Virus record (IMG/VR): IMGVR_UViG_2902146782_000003
Source of the DNA: a virus
Lineage: Duplodnaviria > Heunggongvirae > Uroviricota > Caudoviricetes
Length of the DNA stretch: 64,000 nt
Strand: one strand, 5' to 3'
Shown here: one piece after another, positions 30,567-40,003 of the stretch
Position numbering within the stretch: the stretch's first letter is position 1
Layout: each line of letters starts with the position of its first letter
Notes under the pieces: generated by a model
The model's database searches: none
What the model saw: the letters and a program-made list of their open reading frames with translations, nothing else
What the model was told of the DNA's origin: nothing
Translations under genes and position numbers: made by a program

Positions 30567-32192
30567 TTAAAAATTTATAGCTCTCTGTTTCGCTTGCGCT
30601 GCTTCCTTCTCTTTTTTATTTAATTTTTTATATACCTTCTCAAGATTGCTGATTTCCTGCTGTAACTTAGTTTTTTGGAAGAAATTCATACTATTTTTTA
30701 GTTCTGACTTTAATTTAGAGATTCGTTTACGAATTTGTTTCACAGTCAATCCATTTATATCTTTTACTTTTTTCTGATACCTAAATTCATAATACTTACG
30801 TAATTCAGAAGAAAAACAATTCATCAGATCGGACCATTTTGCCAATTCAATCTCTTCAATATCAACAGACTTAGCATAATCAATAATATTCTTGACAAAT
30901 TCTAAAGTAAGAATGAATGTTTCATATTTTAAAGTACTTTTAAACATACGAAATTCAATGGTATCCTTATGCTGTAAATTCAATGCAGCACGTTTACCTT
31001 TATTCTTATACTTACCATACAGTTCAACTATTGAATCTTCATTTTGCTTTTCACCGGCAAATTCACTATAGTCATTGTCGCGCCTTGCAATCACACAAAT
31101 TTCATCATTGAATTTTTCAAGAATATACAGGATCTTAGATATAACTAACTCTTGCGATATCCTTGATTTTCCTAAATAATTACGATTCGCATGAATATGT
31201 AAGCCTGCAGTTTTGCAATCATGCCCTTTATATCCTTCTTTATCAAGATATTCGAACATTTCACGGTAATTCATTTTGTTCTTATGAAATTCTAAACTAC
31301 ATGGCATAGTGTCAAATTCAATCTGTACAGTGCTGTCATGTGTACTGTAAATAAGATTTTCTTCATCACTATCAGATCCATTCATAATCTGAATACATTT
31401 TTTTACTGTGGAATTTTTATCATTATCAGAAGAGATATTATTATTTCCACCTACTTCAATCTCTGCTCCGAGCAGGAGAGTAGTATCTTCTGATTCTCCA
31501 GGCATAAAATGTTTTATGTATTTTGGGACATAATTAAATTGATGAATGTAAGTTTTGGATCGGCTTGAGACAAAACTACGAAAGTATCCTCTCTCAAATT
31601 CACAACTATTAGAAGATGCCCTTACATTATCTATGAGTCTATTAAAATTGTTAATATTAAGTTCCTCTTCAAAAGTAGATATTACTTCAGACCTACGACC
31701 TCTTTGCGTAGTAGAGGGTTCAAGATGACACAAACGAATAGTAGTAATCCTGGCTCCATCACAGTCATATACAAATGCTTTATCACACGTAGTGTCGTAT
31801 AAAATCCTGTCACGACAATAAGTACCATTTCTACTTTGTTCCGCCACACTATTAAGTAATTCAAAATCATTCCGGCCATATTCACGTCTATTAATATTTT
31901 CGAGTTTTATTATTATTTGACGTCTACATGAGTCTGTATCACATTCATGATAGATATTGCTATGTAATTTTAATGCATCATTAATAATTTCAGCGTAATT
32001 ATGAGGAAGATAATATGTATTATATTCATTGTCAACAACATAACAGGCATCACCTCTATATCCTAAATGAGTATACTTAATAATTTTCTCATTTACTGAA
32101 TATGGATAATGTAAATTTAAATCGAATGTTTGCCATCTATTTTTAAATCTTATGATTGGTAAATAACTCATATTTTTAATAGGTAAGAGCAC
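30567..32192 (-). CDS. Amidoligase (COOH-NH2 ligase type 2) domain protein
   Basis: LGAEIEV, HDSTVQIEF, AGLHIH, ALNL..TIEFRMF motifs. Confidence 0.8.
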   Translation of the reverse strand: MLLPIKNMSYLPIIRFKNRWQTFDLNLHYPYSVNEKIIKYTHLGYRGDACYVVDNEYNTYYLPHNYAEIINDALKLHSNIYHECDTDSCRRQIIIKLENINRREYGRNDFELLNSVAEQSRNGTYCRDRILYDTTCDKAFVYDCDGARITTIRLCHLEPSTTQRGRRSEVISTFEEELNINNFNRLIDNVRASSNSCEFERGYFRSFVSSRSKTYIHQFNYVPKYIKHFMPGESEDTTLLLGAEIEVGGNNNISSDNDKNSTVKKCIQIMNGSDSDEENLIYSTHDSTVQIEFDTMPCSLEFHKNKMNYREMFEYLDKEGYKGHDCKTAGLHIHANRNYLGKSRISQELVISKILYILEKFNDEICVIARRDNDYSEFAGEKQNEDSIVELYGKYKNKGKRAALNLQHKDTIEFRMFKSTLKYETFILTLEFVKNIIDYAKSVDIEEIELAKWSDLMNCFSSELRKYYEFRYQKKVKDINGLTVKQIRKRISKLKSELKNSMNFFQKTKLQQEISNLEKVYKKLNKKEKEAAQAKQRAINF

Positions 32193-32223
32193 CGGCAGGC
32201 ACCCTTACCATTCCCTCCTTATC

Positions 32224-33317
32224 TTAAAGTACACGTTTCCAATATTCTTCGTCTTCATATTCTTCATCAGTCATGCGCAATAAGTGCATTTCCTGCATGA
32301 GCTGTGTGAAATCAGATTCGAAAAGTTTTACTGCCAGGTCATATAATTCATCCATTTTTCCAAGAACATTGTCAATGTAATCAATTTTTGTAGGACACTT
32401 TTTATGATTTGGTTCTTTATTATATTTTTCAATACGAAGATTAAGATTCATATGATTTATATTCTCAAATTCACGATAAAGCACAGCCCAGCGATTTTGG
32501 ATAAGATCCTTACTTTTACGTTTCATTACACGATTCAGAATCATACGTTTCGTCGGAGCTGGAACATTTCTTGAAATTGCATTAATCGTTTCCTGCTTCT
32601 CATCCACTGTCTGGGTCAGTAATCCGCAGCGACCATTTAAAAGAGCAATCTCTTTCTCTTTACTCTCAATAATCTTCTGAGCTGCAATAAGGCCTGCTGC
32701 CACAAGCTGCTCCGGAGTCATGCTCTCTTGATTTCGTATGTAAGCGCCATTCTTACGGATGGATTTAAGAATTTCTTTTACTTTCTTCTTAAATGGCTTT
32801 GCTTGTGGCTTACGGGAAAGCATCAATACTTCGTAAAGGCCATCTTCGGTGAGAAACTGTAGGTTGTATTGGCTTGGAGTGACCCTCCGCTTAATGAGCG
32901 GAGGGTACTTTTTAATTCTATTTTTACCTTTTCATCTTCATCAACACTACGCAACATAGATGTTACATCTTTATGTTCAATCCACTCAGCTACATCACGA
33001 GCTAAGAACAGTGGATTGTTTACAGTACCGAATACACGAATTGTTTTGTGAAGGAATCGCTGTTCCTCAAGCAGTGTAAGAGAAGCAGTCTCGGAATTAC
33101 TACTGCCTGTAAATCCATTTACCGGAGTTGCTTTCAGATTAAGACCGCTATGCTCATTTACAAAACTGCAAATATCATCAGCTGCATCCACCGGAGTATT
33201 CATCCCTGGGATAGGATCCATTCCAAGTGCTGTTCTCATTGTTGGGTCTGTGAGAACTTCTTCTGGTACGTCTTCAAATTTGGATTCTGGTTTTGTGTTT
33301 GTTGTATAAGTACTCAT
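32224..33317 (-). CDS. BRO-N domain antirepressor-like protein, split by a 1-nt frameshift at ~32854-32856
   Basis: IRVFGTVNNPLFLARDVAEWI in one frame continues as LTEDGLYEVLMLSRKPQAKPFKKKVKEILKSIRKNGAY in the next. Confidence 0.8.
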
Positions 33318-33338
33318 TTTGTTTTTCTCCTTTATTGT

Positions 33339-33479
33339 TTAATTAAATTTGTTATCGTCATTTTGATTATATTTAATTTCTTCATCATCATATTCATCAG
33401 TATCAGATGCAGCACATAAAGCCCAACATCCAATACCGGTTAATACAAATAAAAGAATACATAATATAAGTATTACCAT
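33339..33479 (-). CDS. 46-aa membrane peptide with acidic tail
   Basis: MVILILCILLFVLTGIGCWALCAASDTDEYDDEE..; GGGGG RBS-like site. Confidence 0.5.
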   Translation of the reverse strand: MVILILCILLFVLTGIGCWALCAASDTDEYDDEEIKYNQNDDNKFN

Positions 33480-33490
33480 GATTTATCCCC

Positions 33491-33910
33491 CTATTGTGGT
33501 ATATTACATATTGAAATTTCTTTTTCTCCTATAATATTGAAGAAATCAGGTTCATTATGAGTTTCTTCCAGCCAAGTTTTAATTACCCCCGTCAAACGTT
33601 CGGAAAGATCAGCCAGTTGTTCGGTAGTATAAGCTGTTCTACTATCTAACCAGTCATCTACAAGATCACCAACGTTTGCCTCTGCTTCCTCCCAGACAAC
33701 CTCAAGAACTCTTTCTGCATCAACAGAGATTTCATATGGTCTAAGTTCCTGAATTGTAATTGATTTGATCTTTACATTTTCTTCTGCAAAATAGTCTTGA
33801 ACATCTGCAATGCATTCTTCTATGGAGTCAAATGCCGTAGCAGAAGTGTAGTCACTGTTGTGTTCTAGCTGCCAAGCATATTTTGTATCTTTATGTTCTT
33901 TGCTCTGCAT
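33491..33910 (-). CDS. Acidic hypothetical protein
   Basis: 139-aa ORF in operon. Confidence 0.6.
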   Translation of the reverse strand: MQSKEHKDTKYAWQLEHNSDYTSATAFDSIEECIADVQDYFAEENVKIKSITIQELRPYEISVDAERVLEVVWEEAEANVGDLVDDWLDSRTAYTTEQLADLSERLTGVIKTWLEETHNEPDFFNIIGEKEISICNIPQ

Positions 33911-33913
33911 AAT

Positions 33914-34750
33914 TTAATTATTTCCGTCCTTTCGAGAAGTAGTGTTGTTTGGATCATCCGGATACAGATATCTTTCTATATAATCGCGACCTTCACCTAT
34001 GAATCGTGGAATATCGAGGTCATAAGACCATGTATCTGTTGTAATTTGTTTACCATTTAATAAGAAAGAATTATGAGCAGATCTGATGATACAGGTACCG
34101 CGCTGTTTATAGGTTTCAAGTTTATTCCAGTCAATATCTTTCTGCTGGATAAGCATTTCTATGATCTCTTGATTGCATTTGCCATCTAGCTCAGTCTGAG
34201 AGAAATGTGCTTGACCAACCATTTGGATAGAATTACGAATTGCGTCCTGCTGCCTCCAGTTAAAATAGTTTGTGACTTCTTCTCGTGGGAGATTGAATAC
34301 GCATGCAGCAAATTCTGCTCCTTTGAGTGATGCACGAATATAGCTATGGTTTGGAGAATGATATTTTCTGCCGATTGTTTTTACTAATTCTTTAAATATT
34401 TGATTGAAATAATTAGTGGCCATAGATGCTGCTATGGAAGCAAGTTTCTGGACCCGATTATCAAACCATGGTGAAGTTTCAAGTTTCTCATAATCAATAA
34501 GAAGAAGATTGATTTCATCTGATTGAGTATAAGCCAGAACACAGCCCTGGATATTTCTACAGAGGTATTCTGCAGTATAGCGCATGGCAGCCATAAGTAC
34601 CGGGTCAAATGGTTTTTTGAACCCCCTGGTAAAAGTATGGAATGCACGACCATCGATTTGGATGATCACTGGGGTGCGAGGGATTAGATGAGCATCTGTA
34701 ATTGATTTGTAGGATCTCATTCTGAGATCGTATTCTGTTTGATGTGACAT
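33914..34750 (-). CDS. thg1: Thg1-like tRNA(His) guanylyltransferase / 3'-5' polymerase
   Basis: IDGRAFHTFT, YTQSDEI, RVQKL, NYFNWRQQDAIRNS motifs. Confidence 0.9.
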   Translation of the reverse strand: MSHQTEYDLRMRSYKSITDAHLIPRTPVIIQIDGRAFHTFTRGFKKPFDPVLMAAMRYTAEYLCRNIQGCVLAYTQSDEINLLLIDYEKLETSPWFDNRVQKLASIAASMATNYFNQIFKELVKTIGRKYHSPNHSYIRASLKGAEFAACVFNLPREEVTNYFNWRQQDAIRNSIQMVGQAHFSQTELDGKCNQEIIEMLIQQKDIDWNKLETYKQRGTCIIRSAHNSFLLNGKQITTDTWSYDLDIPRFIGEGRDYIERYLYPDDPNNTTSRKDGNN

Positions 34751-35222
34751 TTTGGTTTGTCCTCCTGTTATTACTAAGGTTTACGAGTTATTGATGTGTT
34801 ATTTAATGTTATTGAATTATCAAAACAAGTTGTGGATATTTGGATTTTGTAGATTTTCTTTGCATACTGAGTTAATTTAGCTTGTTTGATAATGAGATAA
34901 TAGCATAGGAAGATGGATTTGTCAAGAAAAGGAGTTAAATTAACTGGAATATTTGAGGTTATGCGATTGGAAATATGGACGGTAGATGTGGTTTGGAGTG
35001 TAGTGTGAGGTGAGATTTGAGGAGTGTGGAACAATATGGGCGGTGATTATAGGAGTTTGGCGATGTGGGGAGCGTTACATTTTAATAGGAAGAGAGGGCG
35101 TATTTTTCAAGCCAGTGTGGAAGTTAACCGGCTTAGGTCTTTCTGGGTAATTTTAGCCCATTTTGGCGTTAAAAGTACCCTCCTTTGAGTAATTCCAATT
35201 ACTATAAATAGTATGCAAAAAT

Positions 35223-35270
35223 AGTGCATAAAACCATGAAAAAAGTGTATTTTATGCACTTTTATGCACT
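35223..35270. repeat. TTTATGCACT tandem pair plus an inverted copy
   Basis: AGTGCATAAA at 35223; TTTATGCACT at 35251 and 35261. Confidence 0.6.
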
Positions 35271-35308
35271 AATTCTGTATAAAATTTCATAAACTTTTTT
35301 TATAAAAC

Positions 35309-35338
35309 TTCACTATTAAATTATACATATGCTATAGT
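35309..35338 (+). promoter_or_regulatory. Candidate early promoter (extended -10)
   Basis: TTCACT-18 nt-TATAGT with TG at -15/-14. Confidence 0.35.
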
Positions 35339-35577
35339 ATTAATTGAGCAGGGGGAAAAGTTTTATATCCCTTGTGAGTACCTTACAACTGAATATATTA
35401 GAATATCGAGAACGCGCATTTGCGGTTCGGGCGTGGAAAAGCCACGATTTACCTATATAACGCGATTCTCAAGTATTCCATAATATTTAGGCAAAAGTCT
35501 GTTTTTTAAACAGACGTCCCCCACAAGGGGAAACTGTACCTTGACACTTGAAAATAGAAGAAAAGAGGATTTTGACG

Positions 35578-35621
35578 CGTACCCATTAGGGACGCGCCTG
35601 CGACGTACCCATCAGGGACGC
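35578..35621. repeat. 18-bp direct repeat CGTACCCATyAGGGACGC x2
   Basis: 35578-35595 and 35604-35621, 17/18 identical, internal dyad. Confidence 0.7.
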
Positions 35622-35797
35622 CCCCTACAAGTATTCTATGAATAGAGAATGAATACAGATAGAAAAAGTCTAGTTCCGATTAGACGCGCATTTTCTTCTT
35701 TGCTATTTCACCATTGTGTACCGGAAATTATCCGGTATAGAATGGTGGGATAGTCCACCAAAAATAAAATTTTGGTAGCCGGAACCATATCCGGCAG

Positions 35798-36712
35798 ATG
35801 GGAGAAATTATGCTTAATACAGAAAAAATTACACTGACTTACATTGATATGAAAGACCTGACAAAAACAGTTGAAATCGAACGTATCGCGCCGAAAAATG
35901 TTATTGATTTGAATTACTTTCAGTTCTGTTGTCAGTATCACGCTTACAATTTAGCCTTGACCTTTTTACAGTCAGAGGCTATCAGAGTACAGTATGAGGA
36001 CGTTTCAAAGCTTGACGGCGAAACATTACAGGATAAGCTTAAAACACACGAAAACAACGTGAAAAACGTTAAAAAAGCACAGGAAACATGGTCTGATATC
36101 GTTACCGCATTTAATAACAACTTGCTTGCTGATGGTATTGATTTGATGTTAATTTTTTCAGATGATAAGTTCGCAAAAACATATACAAGTCTTGTACTTG
36201 ATTTCGATACAGAGTATGAGACAAAATCAGGCGCTAAAGGTTCAACAAAAGCGGTAAAAGTTCCATCAAAACTGTATCAGGATAACAAAAACGTTATCAA
36301 GGCGCCCGTACTTGAGTTAGAACGTTTAGTTGACCGTATGTTTACCGAAGTTGTTTCAAAAGCTGATAAAGCTGTTGCATTCAATCCATTGATTGATATT
36401 CTCAACAACGCGTATGGTATTGAAACACTTAACGGTGCGGTATATAAACCCGCAAATTTCAAAGATATCCCTGTAAAGTATTGGACGAAATACATTGAAG
36501 GATTAAGAGCAAGCCGAAATAAAATTGCTAAGGGTGTAATATGTGAGTTAGTTCCCGAAGCAACTTTATTAAAAAATTGCTTTGCAATAGGACTCGCAAA
36601 GTTGGGCGTTGTTGAAATTGCTAACTATGATACACCAGTACAGAGAACTCTTGAAATGGCACGTAAAGCCGTTACTGTAAATAAAAGCAAGGAAGAAAAA
36701 GCGACAAAATAA
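35798..36712 (+). CDS. Hypothetical protein, first gene of the early arm
   Basis: 304-aa ORF (likely start ATG 35810) followed by a terminator. Confidence 0.7.
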   Translation: MGEIMLNTEKITLTYIDMKDLTKTVEIERIAPKNVIDLNYFQFCCQYHAYNLALTFLQSEAIRVQYEDVSKLDGETLQDKLKTHENNVKNVKKAQETWSDIVTAFNNNLLADGIDLMLIFSDDKFAKTYTSLVLDFDTEYETKSGAKGSTKAVKVPSKLYQDNKNVIKAPVLELERLVDRMFTEVVSKADKAVAFNPLIDILNNAYGIETLNGAVYKPANFKDIPVKYWTKYIEGLRASRNKIAKGVICELVPEATLLKNCFAIGLAKLGVVEIANYDTPVQRTLEMARKAVTVNKSKEEKATK

Positions 36713-36723
36713 TATCTATCTGG

Positions 36724-36753
36724 CAAAAAAAGAGCTGAAAAGCTCTTTTTTTG
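36724..36753. terminator. Bidirectional intrinsic terminator
   Basis: CAAAAAAAGAGCT-GAAA-AGCTCTTTTTTTG perfect dyad. Confidence 0.85.
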
Positions 36754-36791
36754 TTGGGTAAATTTCAGAGAAAGAAAGAGGGCATAAAACT

Positions 36792-37514
36792 ATGAAAACT
36801 ACAGAATACAAAAACACAAGAAAACACCCGTTAGGATTATATAAACCACTCAAAATCGCGTCAACATTTACATCTATTGACGCGTGCCAGATTCCGGCGG
36901 GCGCGGTTTACGGACGTATCACACCTAACATGTACGTGTATATCTCTGATTTTAACCAATTCCGGTCAAGTCAGCCTAAATATACCATGTATCTTATGGA
37001 TATGCGCTCTGACAAAAAATTCAGACGCGTGTCACTGACACCGAACAACTTTGCCTATAAGCCAATTCTGGCATTTATCAAGGCTCACAATTTAACCGGT
37101 GTATGTAGTAAATATTACCATGAAAGCCGTAAATACCAGAATAAAAACGGTGAAATTGCGGGTGCTCCGCATGAGCGTTTAGTTCCAGAACCATCAATGC
37201 GCTGTTATCGACAGTCAATGGTTGACGGTAAAGGCTATAGTATCGACTGGGAGCGTAATGTATTTGATAAAAACCCAGATGGTACGCCATATAAAGGCGT
37301 AGAAACTCAACGAGGTACTCAGTTTAATGAATTTGAAGGCGTTGATTACAGACTTTCAAGAAGTGTCGTTGATGACTATGCCGACACAAAATACAGAGAC
37401 GGTATGAAAGTTAATCAAACTAAAATCCGTCCTGAAAAGTCTGACAGCAAAAGTAATAAAAAGATTATAGTTCGCGTACATCATGGCAATACTGTAATCA
37501 ATAAAGAAATCTAA
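36792..37514 (+). CDS. Basic hypothetical protein
   Basis: 240-aa ORF with GAGGG RBS. Confidence 0.7.
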   Translation: MKTTEYKNTRKHPLGLYKPLKIASTFTSIDACQIPAGAVYGRITPNMYVYISDFNQFRSSQPKYTMYLMDMRSDKKFRRVSLTPNNFAYKPILAFIKAHNLTGVCSKYYHESRKYQNKNGEIAGAPHERLVPEPSMRCYRQSMVDGKGYSIDWERNVFDKNPDGTPYKGVETQRGTQFNEFEGVDYRLSRSVVDDYADTKYRDGMKVNQTKIRPEKSDSKSNKKIIVRVHHGNTVINKEI

Positions 37515-37517
37515 TAT

Positions 37518-37544
37518 AAAGCACCTTTAATAGGTGCTTTTTTT
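37518..37544 (+). terminator. Intrinsic terminator
   Basis: AAAGCACCT-TTAAT-AGGTGCTTT plus T run. Confidence 0.8.
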
Positions 37545-37631
37545 ATGCCCTTTTTTATTAAAAATACCTATATTTAAGGAGGTGGTGAAGTTGAGTATCA
37601 AATAATTGATACCAGAAAAGAGGATTCCAAT

Positions 37632-37826
37632 ATGTATAGAGTGACAATCAATAACTTTTTTACAGTACTTCAGAAGTCCGGAAAAGTCACAAGCACAGTC
37701 TTGAGACATTTCACTAATAAAAATGTAGCTGAAGAGTTTGCATCTGTTCACAACAGTAGCTTCTCAACAGCTACGGTCAGTGAAGTTCCAGATTCTGAAG
37801 CTGTAGACAATGTTATCTACAATTAA
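37632..37826 (+). CDS. Hypothetical protein
   Basis: 64 aa, GAGG RBS. Confidence 0.55.
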   Translation: MYRVTINNFFTVLQKSGKVTSTVLRHFTNKNVAEEFASVHNSSFSTATVSEVPDSEAVDNVIYN

Positions 37827-37838
37827 TAGGAGGATTGA

Positions 37839-38126
37839 ATGTTATCACAAATTTTAAATCGCAGTTTCCATCCCAAGTACCAAATCTGCCTGATCACACA
37901 GTCGGGTAGATCCGGTACAACATTACGACACCTGTACACATCACCACGTACAGGTGTGCAGTATTTTAGTCGTAATCATGCGAATAACTACACACATGAG
38001 CAGGCGACAGCAGCACTGTCAGTAGTATTACGATCATATCCGGACGCGTTCATCCAGTCAGAATATGACTGTCATTACCGTGAGACTGATGAGCACGGTA
38101 ATATTAAAGATTACATGTGTGCATAA
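37839..38126 (+). CDS. Hypothetical protein
   Basis: 95 aa, GGAGG RBS. Confidence 0.6.
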   Translation: MLSQILNRSFHPKYQICLITQSGRSGTTLRHLYTSPRTGVQYFSRNHANNYTHEQATAALSVVLRSYPDAFIQSEYDCHYRETDEHGNIKDYMCA

Positions 38127-38170
38127 CAGCACATAAGTAATAAGTAACTATCAACAATTTTAAACTTGCT

Positions 38171-38239
38171 ATCCCTTATTCCTGTGAGGAGCAGGCTTTT
38201 TCCTATCGGAAATTGCAAGGTCGAACCTTGATAAGGGAT
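38171..38239 (+). ncRNA. Intergenic four-way-junction (cloverleaf) element
   Basis: ATCCCTTAT/ATAAGGGAT closing stem enclosing CCTG/CAGG, TTCC/GGAA and CAAGG/CCTTG hairpins. Confidence 0.4.
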
Positions 38240-38342
38240 TTTTCTATGCCCTTCTATAATGCCCATGAAGAGTATAGATTTTACCAATGGAAACAAAATA
38301 TAAGGTTATGCCTAAACCAAAAAAGCAAGAAGGAGAATTATC

Positions 38343-38843
38343 ATGACAATTGAAATCTATGAAAACACAACATTACCACTTATCCAGAAAGCACTTCCAT
38401 ATTTCCAGCAGAAAATGATGAAAGAAGTACTTCAGAAGTCCGAAAAATTTCAAAAGAATATTCTTAAAATTATCACTGAAATTGAAGATGGAAAAATTTC
38501 AGAAGTAATTCTTCAGGACTGGTCACAGTACGAAGAGGGAAAATCCTCTAATGGTGGATATTATTACTTTGGCACCCATTATTACTATGAACCGGAAGAA
38601 AATATGTGGCTCAAACAGTATGAAACTTCCGCAGATATGGAGTTTTGTCCAGTATGCGGTATGTTTGGGAATCACGAGGAATATGACGAAGAAACCGGTG
38701 AATTTTCTGGCTACGCTTGTAGAGAACCAGAGTACTATCGAAGCTGCGCAATGGTCCGAATTATTGTAAAATTCATGTTAAAACATGCTGATGATATGAA
38801 TTATTGTACGGTTACCAGAACTTATTTCAAGGAGGCGAAATAA
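38343..38843 (+). CDS. Hypothetical protein (CPVC..C motif)
   Basis: 166 aa, AAGGAG RBS. Confidence 0.6.
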   Translation: MTIEIYENTTLPLIQKALPYFQQKMMKEVLQKSEKFQKNILKIITEIEDGKISEVILQDWSQYEEGKSSNGGYYYFGTHYYYEPEENMWLKQYETSADMEFCPVCGMFGNHEEYDEETGEFSGYACREPEYYRSCAMVRIIVKFMLKHADDMNYCTVTRTYFKEAK

Positions 38844-38844
38844 T

Positions 38845-38967
38845 ATGAAGAAATTTATCACAGAAGAAAAGATCGATACAATTTGCGATGTCATGTTTGA
38901 CATTGCAATAGGACTGGGACCAGTGCTCATAGTAATATTACCAATCTTTGTAGATGCGTTTAAATAA
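38845..38967 (+). CDS. 40-aa membrane peptide
   Basis: AAGGAGG RBS; hydrophobic IAIGLGPVLIVILPIFV. Confidence 0.45.
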   Translation: MKKFITEEKIDTICDVMFDIAIGLGPVLIVILPIFVDAFK

Positions 38968-39015
38968 TAAAAAATAAGGTTATGCTTTATCCTTAAAAGC
39001 ACTGGAGGAAATCAC

Positions 39016-39402
39016 ATGAAAAATAATACAATTAAATTATTCGATCATTTTATATCCCGTAACTTCTTCGGATACAGTGCACACACGTTGTACCAGGAAC
39101 TCTGCCATTCATATCCGGTAGAAGTATCATCACAATGGGTGTATGTCAATATCTGGCATACATTTATTAACCAGGACACACCAGAAGATATTGATATTGC
39201 ACGTCATGTAGCGTGTATCATTATTGGTGATCCGAACTTCGAAATTCGTGCTCTTGATGTTCGTGATTATATTGAGTACTGTATGGCTACTCAGGAATAT
39301 GAGCGCCTTGCAGTTCTTGCAAATGATGCACTTGACCTGTATCTCAAAGGCGTAATCAGTCTGCATGAATTCAAGCTCATCATTGCAGCTAATAAAAACT
39401 AA
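39016..39402 (+). CDS. Hypothetical protein
   Basis: 128 aa, GGAGG RBS. Confidence 0.6.
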   Translation: MKNNTIKLFDHFISRNFFGYSAHTLYQELCHSYPVEVSSQWVYVNIWHTFINQDTPEDIDIARHVACIIIGDPNFEIRALDVRDYIEYCMATQEYERLAVLANDALDLYLKGVISLHEFKLIIAANKN

Positions 39403-39583
39403 TTAAATTATCTATCAGTCTATATGATTTTCATTGACTGGCGGATTTGAAAAAAGGGAAACTTTTTAGAATCGATTTTTCTGGACGGGATACCCCCATA
39501 TACAGGGAAATTGATTCTAATATACAGGGAAATAAAAGTAAATCAGCTGTCCTATCGGCATACGGGGAGAATGGAGAATAGCC

Positions 39584-39988
39584 ATGACAACAACAACTAA
39601 TAATTTCAACTTCGTAACATTCTCAAATAACGTAACAGTAGTGAACACTACTCCGCATCCGGTAACAATACAGGATGTAAATGGAAGTCTGATTTCAGTG
39701 CCTACAAGTGTGTTGATTAACGCAAAGGCAATTGAAAAACAGGTATCACCTCTGTTTGTAAAAACAGAGTTTGTAGGCACTGATGAAGGAAGGGAAATCA
39801 TTTCTTCCATCAAAGAGTCTTTCAACCAGAACGCTGTGGCTGGGGAGACTTTAGTAATCATTGGTAGCATTATTGCTGCTCAGGCATATCCGGGAGAAGT
39901 ATTTGGACTCACTCCAGTCCCAGGTTACGAAAGAGTGGCACCAGATGACAAGAGAATGCGTTGTGACAAGTTCACAACTTTCGCGTAA
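39584..39988 (+). CDS. Hypothetical protein
   Basis: 134 aa, GGAG RBS. Confidence 0.6.
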   Translation: MTTTTNNFNFVTFSNNVTVVNTTPHPVTIQDVNGSLISVPTSVLINAKAIEKQVSPLFVKTEFVGTDEGREIISSIKESFNQNAVAGETLVIIGSIIAAQAYPGEVFGLTPVPGYERVAPDDKRMRCDKFTTFA

Positions 39989-40003
39989 GGGAGGGAAATA
40001 GCC

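Noticed and set aside
34774-35034. 86-aa minus-strand ORF
   Set aside because: Low-complexity T/H/S/I product arising from the G/T-skewed tract; no clear RBS
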